From Eledone cirrhosa (lineage: Eukaryota), in NCBI GenBank assembly GCA_964016885.1, contig CAXHJY010001528.1, positions 62,001 to 126,000 of the forward strand: DNA of 64,000 nucleotides, read 5' to 3'. A program made the translations under genes and the position numbers. Position 1 is the first letter of the stretch. Each line of letters starts with the position of its first letter. This document shows positions 28,911 through 43,077 of the stretch, one piece after another. The notes below the pieces were generated by a model. The model saw only the letters and a program-made list of their open reading frames with translations. It did no database searches and had not been told where the DNA came from.

Positions 28911-30433
28911 GATGTGTTAGAGAGGATGTGAGTCTATATTTATGTTATATATGTGTTATGTTTACTAGTGGGCAGCAGTTAGAAGCTAGGTTAGTGGCAC
29001 TATAGACTAGCCTTCTTCTTCTTCTTCTTCTTCTTCTTCTTCTTCCACTGGCATTCAAATAAAGACGGTTTGAAACGGGAGCCAAGGTAAAGGACATAGA
29101 AATGGGTGACCGATTTACCAGCGAATCCAACAGCCCCTTTCCAACTTTTTACATATCTCTCGTCTTTCCTTTGCAGCCCTCAGCACATCCCGCATACCAC
29201 CATAATCAACACCAACACCAACACTAACTCCAGCACCAACACTAACCCCAGCGCCATTATCAACACTAACAATAACACCAGCACCAATACGAACGCCAAC
29301 ACCAGCACTCACTCCAGCACCAACACCAAAACTAACTCCAGCACCAACACCGACACTAACTCTAACACCAACACCAACACCACCAACACCAACGCCAACG
29401 CCAACCCTAACTCCAGCACCAACACCAACACTAACTCCAACACCAACACTAACTCCTCCACCATTATCAACACCAACACCAATACTAACACCAACACTAA
29501 CTCCAACACCAACACTAACTCCTCCACCATTATCAACACCAACACCAATACTAACACCAACACTAACACCAGCGCCAACACAACACCAACGCCAACACTA
29601 ACTCCAACATCAACACTAACACCCACACCAACACCAGCACCAACATATGCGTATGTATATATGTGTGCATGTACGTATGTGTGAAAGAGTGTGGCTTAGT
29701 TGTTAAAGTGTTGGGCTCACAATCATGAGGTTGTGAGTTCGATTCCCGAACTCGGCAGCCCATTGTGTTCTTGGGCAGCATTGCTCCAAACCATTCAAAA
29801 GAAGAAAAAAAATTCTTTGCACCTATAAGTCAAATGGTCAGTCTTGTTACATACACCGTGCCACTCTGAATCTCCTTGAAAATTATCTTAAGGGTTAATT
29901 TGCACGTTAATTTCACAAGCAAGCTGTTCCGTTCTGCAAACATCCAGACTAATCGTCGTTGAAACAGATGGAGATCCAACACAGCTCACAGTTAGCTATT
30001 ACCTAGTTTTATTTATTACTTTTTGGAGATGTTTATATTCTTGTTTCGTTATTCTCCCTTTATGATCTGAGTTCAAATCCCGCCGAGGTTAACTTTGCCT
30101 TTCATCCTTACGGGGTCGATAAAATAAAGTACCAGTAATGCACTGGGTAATTGCTGGCCTTGTGCCAAAAGTAGAAACAATTATTTTATACTTTTTCATT
30201 GGCGGCAGATTAGAGGGATCGGTAGAGCATCAGACAACATGCTTTGCGGCATAGAATGATTGTTCTTTATGATCTGAGTTCAAATCTCGCCGAGATTAAC
30301 TTTGCCTTTCACCCTTACAGGGTCGATAAAATAAAGTACCAGTAACGCACTGAGGGCGATTTAATGAACTTTCTCCTCCTCTTAAATTGTTGGCGTTGTG
30401 CCTAAATAAAAAAAACATTATTTTATACTTAAC

Positions 30434-30540
<107 letters not shown>

Positions 30541-30736
30541 TCTCTCTCTCTCTCTCACACACACCCTCTCTCTCTCTCTCTCTCACACACACACGCCCTC
30601 TCTTTCTCTCTCTCACACACACACACACTCTCTCTCTCTCACACACACTCTATCTCTCTCTCAACGCACACACACCCTCTCTCTCTCTCACACACACACC
30701 CTCTCTCTCTCTCTCTCAATGCACACACACACACAC

Positions 30737-30767
<31 letters not shown>

Positions 30768-30977
30768 CACACCCTCTCTCTCTCTCTCCCTCACACACAC
30801 ACACCCTCTCTCTCTCACACACACACCCACCCTCTCTCTTAATGCACACACACACACACACACCCTCTCTCTCAATGCACACATTTATATTCTCAACCTA
30901 TTTGTTATGGCCACTCTACGACACTAACATCGATAACATTTCATTCCTTGTAACAATATGCACAATATATTCAACAC

Positions 30978-31182
30978 ACGAGGTACGGCTGAAAAGTTTA
31001 TAGGCTGACCAAGATATTCTCGTGGAATGACCAAATGAGGTTTGTTTTTCAACATAGGCCCTCCCTCGAAAGAAACAATCCAGTTATTAATAAGAAGGGT
31101 TGAAATTAAGGCATGCACGATTTCATAGCTCTAGCATCACTCCTTCATAATCAGCCTATGAACTGTTCAGCCTACGTCGCTT
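30978..31182. mobile_element. Mariner-type MITE (~200 bp); copies at 11730-11935, 18444-18628 and a partial one at 32755-32918
   Basis: TIRs approximating cgaggg.cggctgaaaagttcataggctga, and a shared interior ctcatggaatgaccaaatgaggtttatttttcaacatag. Confidence 0.75.
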
Positions 31183-31506
31183 ATTAAATTTTGCTTATCT
31201 ATCTTCGGCGAAATTTTATTTTAAGTAGTGGCATTCCTGCGGCAATTAATTTTCTTTAGGCATTAAAAACATTGTACATGCCAAAAAATAGAGTACATTA
31301 CTAGAAATCGCTTAGGTTATAAAATAAATAGGATGGGTTAGGGTCTCAATATGTAAACTAAACGACTAATTCTGGTTTTTAAATATCAAAGGAGACAACC
31401 TAGAAAAATTACCCATTTTCCACCCCCATCACTTATTACCCCAGCCCCTCCATTATTTAGGACCCGAGAGTAGCTGTTGAACATTATATCAGTTAAACAT
31501 TATATC

Positions 31507-31697
31507 AGGGCGGTGGATTGGCAGTATCAGTTGAGAGTCGGACTCCATGCTTTCCAGTATAGTTACGTCCCTTTACGGTCTGAGTTAAAATCCCGCCGAG
31601 GTTAACTTTGCCTTTCATCCTTACGGGGTCGGTAAAATAAAGTACCAGTAATGTACTGAGTAATTGCTGGGCTTGTGCCAAAAGTAGAAACAATTAT
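31507..31697 (+). mobile_element. Full-length Meta-like SINE copy
   Basis: A box, B box, central domain and the gtgccaaaagtagaaacaatta tail. Flanked by a similar repeat attatatcag(ttaaa). Confidence 0.85.
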
Positions 31698-32074
31698 ATC
31701 AGTTAAAGAATGTCTTTCATTTCATTTAAAATTCACACAACTGATGTGATACACAATTTTTATTTGTTATGACTTCTGTTTAGTTATAACTTCAAATACC
31801 GCCTAGACCAGCTTTGTTCAATAACATTTCATGGTATTTCGGGGTTAAGACCTCGAAATATCATGAAATATTAAATAAAAGTGCAAACTTTTTCTGTCAG
31901 GTGTTTCTAACTTGACTTTATTCTAATTTTAACCCTGTATTTCTTATTTGCATTGTTCCGACTCTCCAAAAAAACAATCATAACCACAAATCTCAACCTT
32001 CCATATCAAACTTATACTATACAAGGGTCAGTTGAAAAAATTGGTAGCTGAACAGTTTATAGACGTACCTAGAT

Positions 32075-32345
32075 CGAGCCCCTAGCAGTGGAGACTTCAG
32101 CTACCTCTCTACTTACCACCATAGGCGCTGAGTTGGCTAGTCGCTGGTGTGAGCCTCGCGAGATGGAATTGCTCTTCAAGCGCATTTTACTTACCATCCT
32201 CCGAGGAGACACCTTCTCCATTCTGTCTGCCGGGGCTGTGGGGCGGCCAGCACGTGGAACTTCATTTGCTCATAATACAGAGAGATGGGGAGGGCAAGAG
32301 AGATGGAGGTGATGACAGTGGGAGTTCGGCTCTTCTGTGTTCGGA
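32075..32345 (+). mobile_element. CRE-clade non-LTR 3' fragment; inverted partial copy at 33590-33745
   Basis: PLAVETS...IGAELA....EPRE...LFKRILLTILRGDTFSIL matches the recalled CRE C-terminal motif (P.AVET...PRE..FLFQRLS.AI.RGN..SIL). Confidence 0.65.
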
Positions 32346-32423
32346 TCTAGTGTGCAGCATCAGTTGTTCGTAAAGAGGTAGTGATTCATATATATAATTA
32401 TCATATTATATTACCTGCAATAT

Positions 32424-32475
<52 letters not shown>

Positions 32476-33069
32476 AAAATATGGATTGAGGAAGGCGAGG
32501 CCGTATGGTTACTGATAACGATTGTTAGAAGGTAAGGCGATACGAACAAGATATGGAAGTTTCCCTTCGTCAGCTGTTTACTACGGGTCATGGATGTTTC
32601 GATATATATATATATATATATATATACATTGAAACAAAGTACCAGTTAAGTACTGTGGTCGATTTAATCAATAAACGTATTAATAAAAACTATAAATGAA
32701 TTCACTACACCTATATTTGGCAAAATAGAAAGGAGAGAGTGAAAAGAATGCTACCAGAGAAATACTCATGGAATGACCAAATAATGTTTATTTTTCAACA
32801 TATTTTTCAACATACCAGCTATTCATAAGAAGAGTTAAAATTAATTCATGCAAGATTTCACAGCTCTAGCATGAAACCTTCATATTCAGCTTATGATCTT
32901 TTTAGCCGACCCTCGTATAGTACTTGCTTTTTTATTCAATAAATGAAGCATAATTATTAAGACTTTATATTTAGAATTTCCGTTTGAAGTTTTCATGTTC
33001 TAAATATAATTTTATTATTTCTTTCTGGCCCATAAATAAATTATTATTATTATTTCTTTCTAGTCTATA

Positions 33070-33343
33070 TATAACCTCCCCGGGTGCCCTAGAAGCACCG
33101 GGTGGTTCAGGATTGGTGAGGTACCCGAGTCACCTCTGGGTCGTCCACCCCCACCCACCCCACCCTCCTATTGGAGAATTTATTTTGTTATAATTATGCA
33201 TAGTTTATTTTATATTTTTTAATATTTTCACTGTTAAATTAGTCTTACCATTGTGCACTTCTACTCGAGCTTATTGTAAACCCCCCACTGTAACTGTCCC
33301 ACATGTCGGCCCTTGTGGCCCATAAAGAAATTATTATTATTAT
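33070..33343 (+). mobile_element. 3' UTR remnant of the Tx1-like LINE ending in (ATT)n; similar ends near 33020-33052 and 16860-16985
   Basis: Terminal ttgtgg..(a/c)ataaagaaat plus microsatellite is shared with the 44613 element. Confidence 0.55.
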
Positions 33344-33827
33344 TTCGGCAAAGCTAATTACATCTGGCGACACACCAATTTGTAAAACTGCTGATTTAAA
33401 TAAACCCTAATCCAGTGGTCCCCTGACTTTTTACTACTAAATGACCCCTTTTATTTAAATGAATTTCCCCATTGTCACCTCACACCATTACTTCCCTCCT
33501 AGATGAGAGATTAAATGTACGCATTGAGAGCTGAAAAGAAAATATGTAAGAACCAAGGTTGCTGACTGCTTAATGAACGCAACCACAAGGATACGGTTCG
33601 AACGTGGAAGAGCCGAACTCCCACTGACATCGCCTCCATCTCTCCCGCTCTCCCCATCTCTCTGTATGGTGAGCAAATGGGGTCCCACGTGCTGGCCTCC
33701 CCACAGCCCCGGCGGGCAGGATGAAGAAGGCGTTTCCCAAGAGTACAATGGATACACAATAGTGTGTGCTTATTATGTTTATAGTAAAGTACTTGAAAGT
33801 ATAACTGACGGATCTTCAGCACTATCT

Positions 33828-34290
33828 TTGCCGGACCCCCAGTACTACCTTTAAGGACTCCAGCACTACCTTTGTGGACTCTAATACTACCTTTCCGGGT
33901 CCCCAGTATTAACTGTGGACTCCAGTATTAACTCTGTGGACTCCAGTACTAGCCTTCTGGATCCCAGTACTAGCTTTATGGACTCCAGTACTACCTTTGT
34001 GGACTCCAATACTACCTTTCCGGGCCCCAGTACTAGCTGTCCGGGCCTTTAGTACTAGCTTTGTGGATCCCAGTACCCAGCGTTGTGGATCCCAGTACCC
34101 AGCGTTGTGGATCCCAGTACCCAGCGTTGTGGATCCCAGTACCCAGCGTTGTGGATCCCAGTACCCAGCGTTGTGGATCCCAGTACCCAGCGTTGTGGAT
34201 CCCAAAACTAGTGTTGTTGATCCCAGAACTAGCGTTGTGAATCCCAGAACCCAGTTTTATGGATCCCAGTACCAGCTTTGTGGATTCTTG
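33828..34290. repeat. 21/22-bp minisatellite, probably inside a hAT-like element (33413-34383)
   Basis: Perfect 22-mers gtggatcccagtacccagcgtt at ~34063-34203, flanked by diverged 21-mers. Confidence 0.85.
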
Positions 34291-34917
34291 TATTTTCTTT
34301 ATCATTATTAGATTTGTGAATCACCACTACTACGTTTGCGGGACCCCGGTACTACATTATAGGCCCCAAAATAGGAACCGCTTTCCCAAGTTCTGGCAGA
34401 ATCTGAAAATGATGAAACACCATAACAGGAGAATTATTCAAACGTTAAGTTTCAGCGAAACAAAAACAAATTAAACATTTCAATGGCGGTACTTATTATT
34501 ATTATGGTTAGCTTTGGCTTTCATCCTTACGGGGGTCGATAAAATAAAGTACCAGTAATGTACTGGAGTCGACTCTTCCCTCCCCTCCCCTCCCCTCCCC
34601 CCCTTTTTCAAGGTCACTGAGGTAATGTGGTGGCGGCGGCGGCGGCGACAGCGGTGGTGGTGGTGGTGGTGGTAGTTGTGGCAACAGTGGTGGTGGTGGT
34701 GGTGGTAGTAGTTGTGGCGGTGTTTGGCGGTGGCGGCGGCAGCAGTGGTGGCTGTGGTGGTGGTGGTGGTGGTGGATACGGTGGTGGTTGTTGTTGTTGT
34801 GGTGGTAGTGGTGGTGGTGGTGGTGGTAGTGGCGGCGGTAGTTGTGGTGGTTGTGATGATGATGATGATGGTGATGGTGGTGGTGGAAACAACAACAACA
34901 ACAGCCGCAACAACAAC

Positions 34918-34955
<38 letters not shown>

Positions 34956-35252
34956 AATAACAACATCAGCATCAATATCGACGAGATGGCCACATCTAGA
35001 AGGCCTTAGAGAAGACTTCTGACTGTTTAATTGGCGACAGTGGTATAACAACAGCAGCAGCTGTAGTCGGAGTAATTTGTCTGGCCTTCTTAGTGGCGTC
35101 TAGAGTTAGCTAAGCAAGAATACGGCGGTAAGGGGTAACACGGGTGGGGTAGAGGGGTGGTTGGGGTGGGGGCTGAGGTGTAGAGGGGGGCGTTTGAAAA
35201 ACACTTTAAGTAATTACCAAACCTTCTTTACGGCTATAAAATAACGTTACCA

Positions 35253-35285
<33 letters not shown>

Positions 35286-35317
35286 TACATACATACATAC
35301 ATACACATCGACAGATA

Positions 35318-35348
<31 letters not shown>

Positions 35349-35368
35349 TCTCTATCTCTCTCTCTCTC

Positions 35369-35423
<55 letters not shown>

Positions 35424-35456
35424 TCGACAGATACTCTCTCTCTCTCTCTCACTCTC

Positions 35457-35501
<45 letters not shown>

Positions 35502-35503
35502 TC

Positions 35504-35573
<70 letters not shown>

Positions 35574-35579
35574 CGACAG

Positions 35580-35672
<93 letters not shown>

Positions 35673-35708
35673 TACACATACACACACACAGTGAAATATT
35701 CTCTCCCC

Positions 35709-35762
<54 letters not shown>

Positions 35763-35796
35763 ACACATACACACACACAGTGAAATATTCTCTCCC

Positions 35797-35831
<35 letters not shown>

Positions 35832-35915
35832 TACATACACATCGACAGATACTCTCTCTCTCTCTCACACACACACACATACACATACACACACACAGTG
35901 AAATATTCTCTCCCC

Positions 35916-35954
<39 letters not shown>

Positions 35955-36006
35955 GTACATACACACACACCGACACATATACAGCGACAGATACTCTCTC
36001 TCTCTC

Positions 36007-36042
<36 letters not shown>

Positions 36043-36156
36043 ACACATACACAAACAGACACACACACATAACACATACACACACATACACACACATACA
36101 CACGCACATCACGCACACTCATACATACAAGCAAAAACAAAAACACAAGCATATAT

Positions 36157-36217
<61 letters not shown>

Positions 36218-36607
36218 TGAGAAGAAGAAGAAGAAGAAGAAGAAGAAGAAGAAGAAGAAGAAGAAGAAGAGGAAGGGGAGGCGGCGGAGGAGGGAGGGGG
36301 GTGGGGGGTGATGTCCCCCCCCCCCCCCCCCCCCAATTTGGAGTAGGTAGTAGTAGACATTGTGGAATAATTAACAAATGCTTCGTTGGCAGTCAGTGAC
36401 GAGTTCAAAGCCTCCAGTGGGCAATAAAAATAATAATAATTGTTTCTACTTTTGGCACAAGGCCAGCAAATATCCCAGTGTATTACTGGTACTTTATTTT
36501 ATCGACCCCGTAAGGATGAAAGGCAAAGTTAACCTCGCGGGATTGACATAAAATAATATAAAATAAAATAATAAAATAATAAATTAAAATAAAAACATTC
36601 TTGCAAC

Positions 36608-36654
<47 letters not shown>

Positions 36655-36824
36655 GTTATCATAACCACCTCCACCACAATCATCATTAATATCATCATCA
36701 TTGTCATCGTAAAAATTAGCACCACTACCGCCACCAGCATCAGCCTTATCGTTGTCATCACCATCAGCACCATATACCATCATCAGCATCATCTTCATCA
36801 TTATCGTCATCCTCATCTTCTTCT

Positions 36825-36860
<36 letters not shown>

Positions 36861-37129
36861 CCAGCATTGTCGTCGTCATCATCATCACCATCATTGTCGT
36901 CGTCATCTTCCTCGTCATCAACAGTAACAGCACAACCATCATCACCACCATCACCATCACCATCACCATCACCACTATTGGTATCCCCACCACCATCATC
37001 ACTACCACCACCGGTCGGACCCTAGATGAAATCCGAATCATTGATGTTAAATCCCGAAAAAAAAAAAAAAACTATCTTCAGCAGAAAGATTCACACCAAC
37101 AGCAATATTCACCATCTTTGTTTAAATTG

Positions 37130-37450
37130 AGAACTAGAAGGCTATTTCTCCGAATTGAGAGATCACAACTCCGATATTACAGGCATATGGTTAGAATGTC
37201 TCAGGAAAGAATCTCTGGACAGATTTGACGAGGAGCAAAATCAGCTGGCAAGAGACCCAAGGGTAGAAAACCCCGAACAAAAAGCAAGATAGTTGGATAA
37301 CATCCATGATTTCGACTGGTCGGGCCTCGCTTGGGGGATCCAGTCGGATCAATTGGAGACGGTTGCTTCTGCCAGGACCTACTGGAAAGAGTGTATGAGG
37401 AATCTTCCCCCACAACAATAAGTGTGGGTAGAAGAAGAAGAATAAGAAGA
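37130..37450 (+). mobile_element. Degenerate RTE-like LINE 3' fragment ending in (GAA)n; a related short piece lies at 2170-2340
   Basis: LFLRIERSQLRYYRHMVRMSQER followed by GKRPKGR, with a stop and frameshift. Confidence 0.65.
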
Positions 37451-37639
37451 ACAGCAACAACAACAACAACAACAACAAAGCAACAACTAGAAGGCAGAGG
37501 CTTAAGATCGATTCAAACAGCCTTTCAACGTCGGATGGTATCTCATTTGACAGCATATTTTAATAACCAATTGTTGAAGTACATGTACAAGCGAAACCAT
37601 GTGATGGAGAAAGTATATTTACTCATAACGGGAAAGAAT

Positions 37640-37860
37640 AATGTTGGATAATGTTCCTTTCCAAACATCTGTGAAATATAGGCTAACAGACCAGACATAA
37701 TTATCTGAGATGAAAAAAAATTGAAAGAATAGACAGTAGTAGAAATCAGCTGTTTAGTAGATATTAACATAACGTCAAATATCTATGCCGAACTAATGAG
37801 AAAACTGCAGCTAGTACACCTGGACTATAACTTTAGATTTACACCTGTGATTATTAAAAT
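37640..37860 (+). mobile_element. Remnant of the restriction-like endonuclease domain of an R4/R2-group non-LTR element
   Basis: Interrupted translation ANRPDIII*D...VVEISCLVDINI...Y.ELMRKLQL..LDYNFRFTPVII, which contains the RPD motif. Confidence 0.6.
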
Positions 37861-38924
37861 ATTTGAGCACGGTAGATTTGGCCGAATCGGTAGAGCGTTG
37901 GACAACATTCTTTGCGGCATAGAGTTACCATCCTTTGCGTCTGACTTTGCCTTTCATTTTTTCGGGGCCAAGCCGATAAGTTAAAATAACAGTTAAATAA
38001 TAGAGTTGATATAATCAACTTCCTCTTCCGTAAAAAAAAATCAGAAACAATTATAGTATTTGGTTGTGAGAACAATGGATTAGCAGTAGAATCGGTAGAG
38101 CGTCGGATAGCATACTATACGACATAGAGTTACACACTTTACCTTCTGAATTTCAATCTAAGCAAGGTGATTTTGCCTTTCATCCTTATGATACCAGTAA
38201 CGCACTGGTGTTGATTTAATCGACTTTCCACTCCCCTAACATGGTTGGCCTTGTGTCTAAATTAGAAACAATTATTACAGTATTTGGTTATATAACTGCC
38301 TCAAAGCTAAGCTTGAGAAGCTGAGCTTCATGAAATAAGGCAGGACACAAATAATTAGGAAATTACTATTTCAAGAGATTAATCTAAAAAATTCTAAAGT
38401 CTGTCTCGAGCTCAGAGTCTCATCAGGCCGATGTTTATGCCGTTATCTGACATAAAGCGACTGAGAGAACGAGACTCTCTGTGGACAGGACCCAGGTCCA
38501 TCACAGAGTTAAGTCACCAGCTGAGTATATGTTTTTTTTCTTGTTTTTTTTCTTCTTTTGTTCAAGAACATAACACACAACCCAATCCAGAAGTCGAACC
38601 TACGACATTATGATCGTAAGTCTAACACACTTGCCACAACAAAGCCACGTACCTCCACAAGAGATTAAGAGAATTGAACTGCTAAAATATGTAATAAAGC
38701 CTTCCAGAGATTTAGCCTGTAAATAAAGTGAATAGACTTGCACCAGTTGCGATGATGAGTGTTCAGTTGTCCACTCAACTGAACTACCTATTCACTGAAT
38801 TAGCGTGTAAAGTGGTTGAGTATTCCACAGGCACGTGTATCTTCAATATCTTCCTCAGGTAGAATCAGTGTAGCACTATGTCAGAAAGATGAACATTTGA
38901 TTTACTGATATTATATATGTATCA

Positions 38925-39120
38925 GGGCGTATCAGGATTGGCAGTATCGGTAGAGAGTCGGACACCATGCTTTGAAGCATAGAGTTACGTCCCCTTTATG
39001 ATCTGAGTTCAAATCCCGCCGAGGTTAACTTTGCCTTTCATCCTTACGGAGTCGATAAAATAAAGTATCAGTAATGTACTGGGCAATTGCTGGCCTTGTG
39101 CCTAAAATAGAAACAATTAT
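38925..39120 (+). mobile_element. Full-length Meta-like SINE copy
   Basis: A box at 38939-38950, B box at 39007-39016. Direct repeat ttatatatgtatc on both sides is a probable target-site duplication. Confidence 0.85.
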
Positions 39121-39397
39121 ATATGTATCTGAAGGCCTGGAGATGAGATGGGCTCCATTAGGTGTAACATGCCCAAGAAACGGCGTATGTCAATATGGCG
39201 ACTTACGAATCATCAGGAGTAGACTTTCGCTGTCTCCGTGTACGTAATTCCATTCACAAGGCTTGGAGAATCCCATGGTTACGGTAAAATACACTTTATC
39301 AAGATGGCAAGTAGTAAGATTGAACTCAGGACCTCTAGAATGTAAAGTGAGCATTCGACCATACTGTGTATACACTCTTAGCCTGTAGTAGGTACAT

Positions 39398-40485
39398 TTA
39401 TATACATACATACATACATACATACATACATACACACATACACATACAGGCATATATGCATACACACACACATACATATATATATACATGCATACATACA
39501 TACATACATACACACGTACATACACATATATACATACATATATACATACATACACACATACATACACATACAGGCATATATGCATACACACATACACACA
39601 TACATATATATACATGCATACATACATACATATATACATACATACACACATACATACACATATATACATACATATATACATACATACACACATACACATA
39701 CAGGCATATATGCATACACACACACACATACATATATATATACATGCATACATACATACATACATACATACACACGTACATACACATATATACATACATA
39801 TATACATACATACACACATACATACACATACAGGCATATATGCATACACACATACACACATACATATATATACATGCATACATACATACATATATACATA
39901 CATACACACATACATACACATATATACATACATATATACATACATACACACATACATACACATACAGGCGTATATGCATACACACATACACACACATACA
40001 CACACATACATATATATATACATGCATACATACATATATACATACATACACACATGTATACACATATATACATACATATATACATACATACACACATACA
40101 TACACATACAGGCATATATGCATACACACATACACACATACATATATATACATGTATACATACATATATACATACATACACACATACATACACATATATA
40201 CACACATATATACATACATACACACATACATATATATACATGCATACATACATATATACATACATACACACATACATACACATATATACATACATATATA
40301 CATACATACACACATACATACACATACAGGCATATATACATACACACATACACACACACATTCATACATATATACATACATACATACACACATACACACA
40401 CGCATTCATACATACACACATACACACACACATTCATACATACACACATACATACACACATTCATACATACACACATACATACAT
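39398..40485. repeat. Compound CA/TA satellite with higher-order periodicity
   Basis: The marker caggcatatatgca recurs at roughly 120-145 bp intervals. Confidence 0.75.
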
Positions 40486-41647
40486 TGGAAATAATGTTTA
40501 AAAATAAAGCCACAAGGCGTATTATGTATGTATGTATGGCCCCTTAATTCTTGATGGAGTCGTAGAGGCGCCATAGAGGCGCCGTTGTGACATACGACGT
40601 GTCGTGGGCATTTTAATAGGGTGGAGCCCATCCCGTCTCCAGGTTTGAACACAACCGATTTCTTTAAGAGAAGCAGAGAGAAAGAGAGCGAAAATGAGAG
40701 AGTGAAGAGAGAGAGAGAGAGAGAGTGGGGAGGAGAGAGAGAAGAGAGAGATAGCGAGACGGGGGTGGAGAGAGAGAGTGAAGAGAGAGAGAGAGAGGAG
40801 GGAGAGTGATAGAGTGAGAGAGAGAGACAGTGAAGATATATATATAGAGAGAGAGAGGTGGGGGGGGGGGCTTAGAAAGAGATATAGATAAAAGAATCAA
40901 TCACCGTACACGATATAGAGGAAGAAGAAACGATTCCTCCAGTACTCGATATGGAAGAATAATCGATCCCAGTACTAAACTGATACTATTTTTTTTTTAT
41001 CGACCTCGAAAGGATGAAAGGCAAAGTTGAGCTCGACGGGACTTGAACTCAGAAAAACGCAGAGAACCGGAACGACTACTGCAAGATATTCAATCCAACG
41101 TTCTAACGACTTTGTCAATTCACCGCCTCAGAAGAACATACATGCACTAGAAGTCAATGTCTTGTAACTGATTGAGTCGCTACTCCACTGGAGATTTTGT
41201 TTTCATTTAATCATAAAATAGCAGATACACTGGAGTGGTTTCACGTTGCCTTCTCTTGGCCCATGGGAGGATTAACTAAGTACTGCTACACTAACCAAAC
41301 ATGTCACAGTACGCCTTTGAAATATATATCATATAATATCAGATATACATTACACCACACTACTTAACATGGGATGGGCGCCATATTTGATTATATTTGA
41401 TTTGGGGGGTGAAATTCTGTAATATCGATTTCCTATTAGACACAGAGGCTGCGAATTGGCAGAAAAGTGAGGACGTTGGATAGAGTACTTTGCGGGATAT
41501 ACGTCCTCACTCTCAGCACTCTGAGTTCAAATCCCGCCGAGGTTAACTTTGCTTTTCATCCAAAGTCGATAAAATAAGTACTAGAGTCGATTCTTTCTCT
41601 ACATCGAGTACTGGAATCGATTCTTCCTTTGTATCTCTTTCTGACAC

Positions 41648-41702
<55 letters not shown>

Positions 41703-41724
41703 TCTCTCTCTAACTCTCTCTCTC

Positions 41725-41809
<85 letters not shown>

Positions 41810-42333
41810 GTTTCAGCGGCCTCGGTATGAAACATATATCTAGAATATTAATTAGTACGTAATTATGAAAATCTCATAAAACAGAATATAACTTAGATTA
41901 CACCCAATCCTGAATTAACATTAAAATAAATATTACAAAAACACCAACATTAAAATTCTCTTCATCATCAACACAACAAACCACCACCACACGCCTGCAA
42001 GCTGCCGAAATAAACTTCAGATGACTAATACATCTTAGAAATAAATATAGATATTAATATGAAAAGCTGCAAATTCTTTGGACATGGCTGTGTGGTTAAG
42101 GAGTTAGCTTCGCAATCACATAGTATCGAGGTTCACTCACTCATTCCACACTAAGCGGTACTCTAGGGCAAGCGTGTTCCACCATAGCTACGGGTTGGAA
42201 AATGTCTTGAATGACTTCAATGTCTTGATGGATAAAATTTGGTTGACGGAAACTGCAGAAATCCACGTCGTGTATATATATATATATATATATATACCAC
42301 CTAAACAACATATCACATATCTCTCGCGGTCGA

Positions 42334-42405
<72 letters not shown>

Positions 42406-42408
<3 letters not shown>

Positions 42409-42566
42409 CGAAGGAAATGTGGTAAGGAACCAGATGGACCATAACGAACCAAAGTACTCAATACTTAGGGTAGTAGAGTGGGTAATAGGAACGAGTAGGA
42501 CCCCGACGGCTGAGCTCAAGCCGTTTCGAAACGGCTTGAGCTCAGCCGTCGGGGTCCTACTCGTTC

Positions 42567-42625
<59 letters not shown>

Positions 42626-42831
42626 CTATCTAAGGCGGGTAAAATTCCCGAGATCCATGGACGAGTTCTCTCCAGCGGTCTCTGTCCCTCATTATCGCTG
42701 CCATATCCTGCATCTCCAACAGACCAGTGTCTGTCCTATATATATATATATATATATTACCCACTCTACTACCCTAAGTATTGAGTACTTTGGTGCGTTA
42801 TGGTCCACCTGGTTCCGGGGTCCTACTCGTT

Positions 42832-42835
<4 letters not shown>
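42406..42835 (-). mobile_element. Fold-back insert, family A; composite with a second, opposite tail and a nested RTE 3' fragment
   Basis: Tail and perfect palindrome at 42406-42568, RTE piece at 42630-42737, opposite-orientation tail at 42757-42835. Confidence 0.65.
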
Positions 42836-42885
<50 letters not shown>

Positions 42886-42984
42886 TGTGTCTGTACAAAA
42901 TACTCTTTCTCAACGATATATGGCTCTTTCTCTCTATATATATACATATATCTTTTAATTTAAATTATATATATATATTGTTAT

Positions 42985-43031
<47 letters not shown>

Positions 43032-43037
43032 CCCATT

Positions 43038-43077
43038 CCGAGCTGAGGATCCGCTAAGGTGAAACAATTGTTCTCGG
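43038..43077 (+). ncRNA. Minimal type I hammerhead ribozyme motif (PLE-type)
   Basis: CCGAG-CTGAGGA-TCCGCTAAGGT-GAAAC-AATT-GT-T-CTCGG. Perfect 5-bp stem I, CUGANGA and GAAA cores, 2-bp stem III with a palindromic AATT loop, GUU cleavage triplet. Stem II is weak. Confidence 0.65.

Noticed and set aside
34063-34203. CRISPR-like array
   Set aside because: Head-to-tail 22-mers without unique spacers, no cas genes, and a eukaryotic context.
39190-40547. Long ORFs of 300-420 aa on both strands, and similar ones at 9367, 23308, 28092, 34508, 43347 and 49567
   Set aside because: They are translations of CA/TA/trinucleotide microsatellites that simply lack stop codons. No domain content or splice context.
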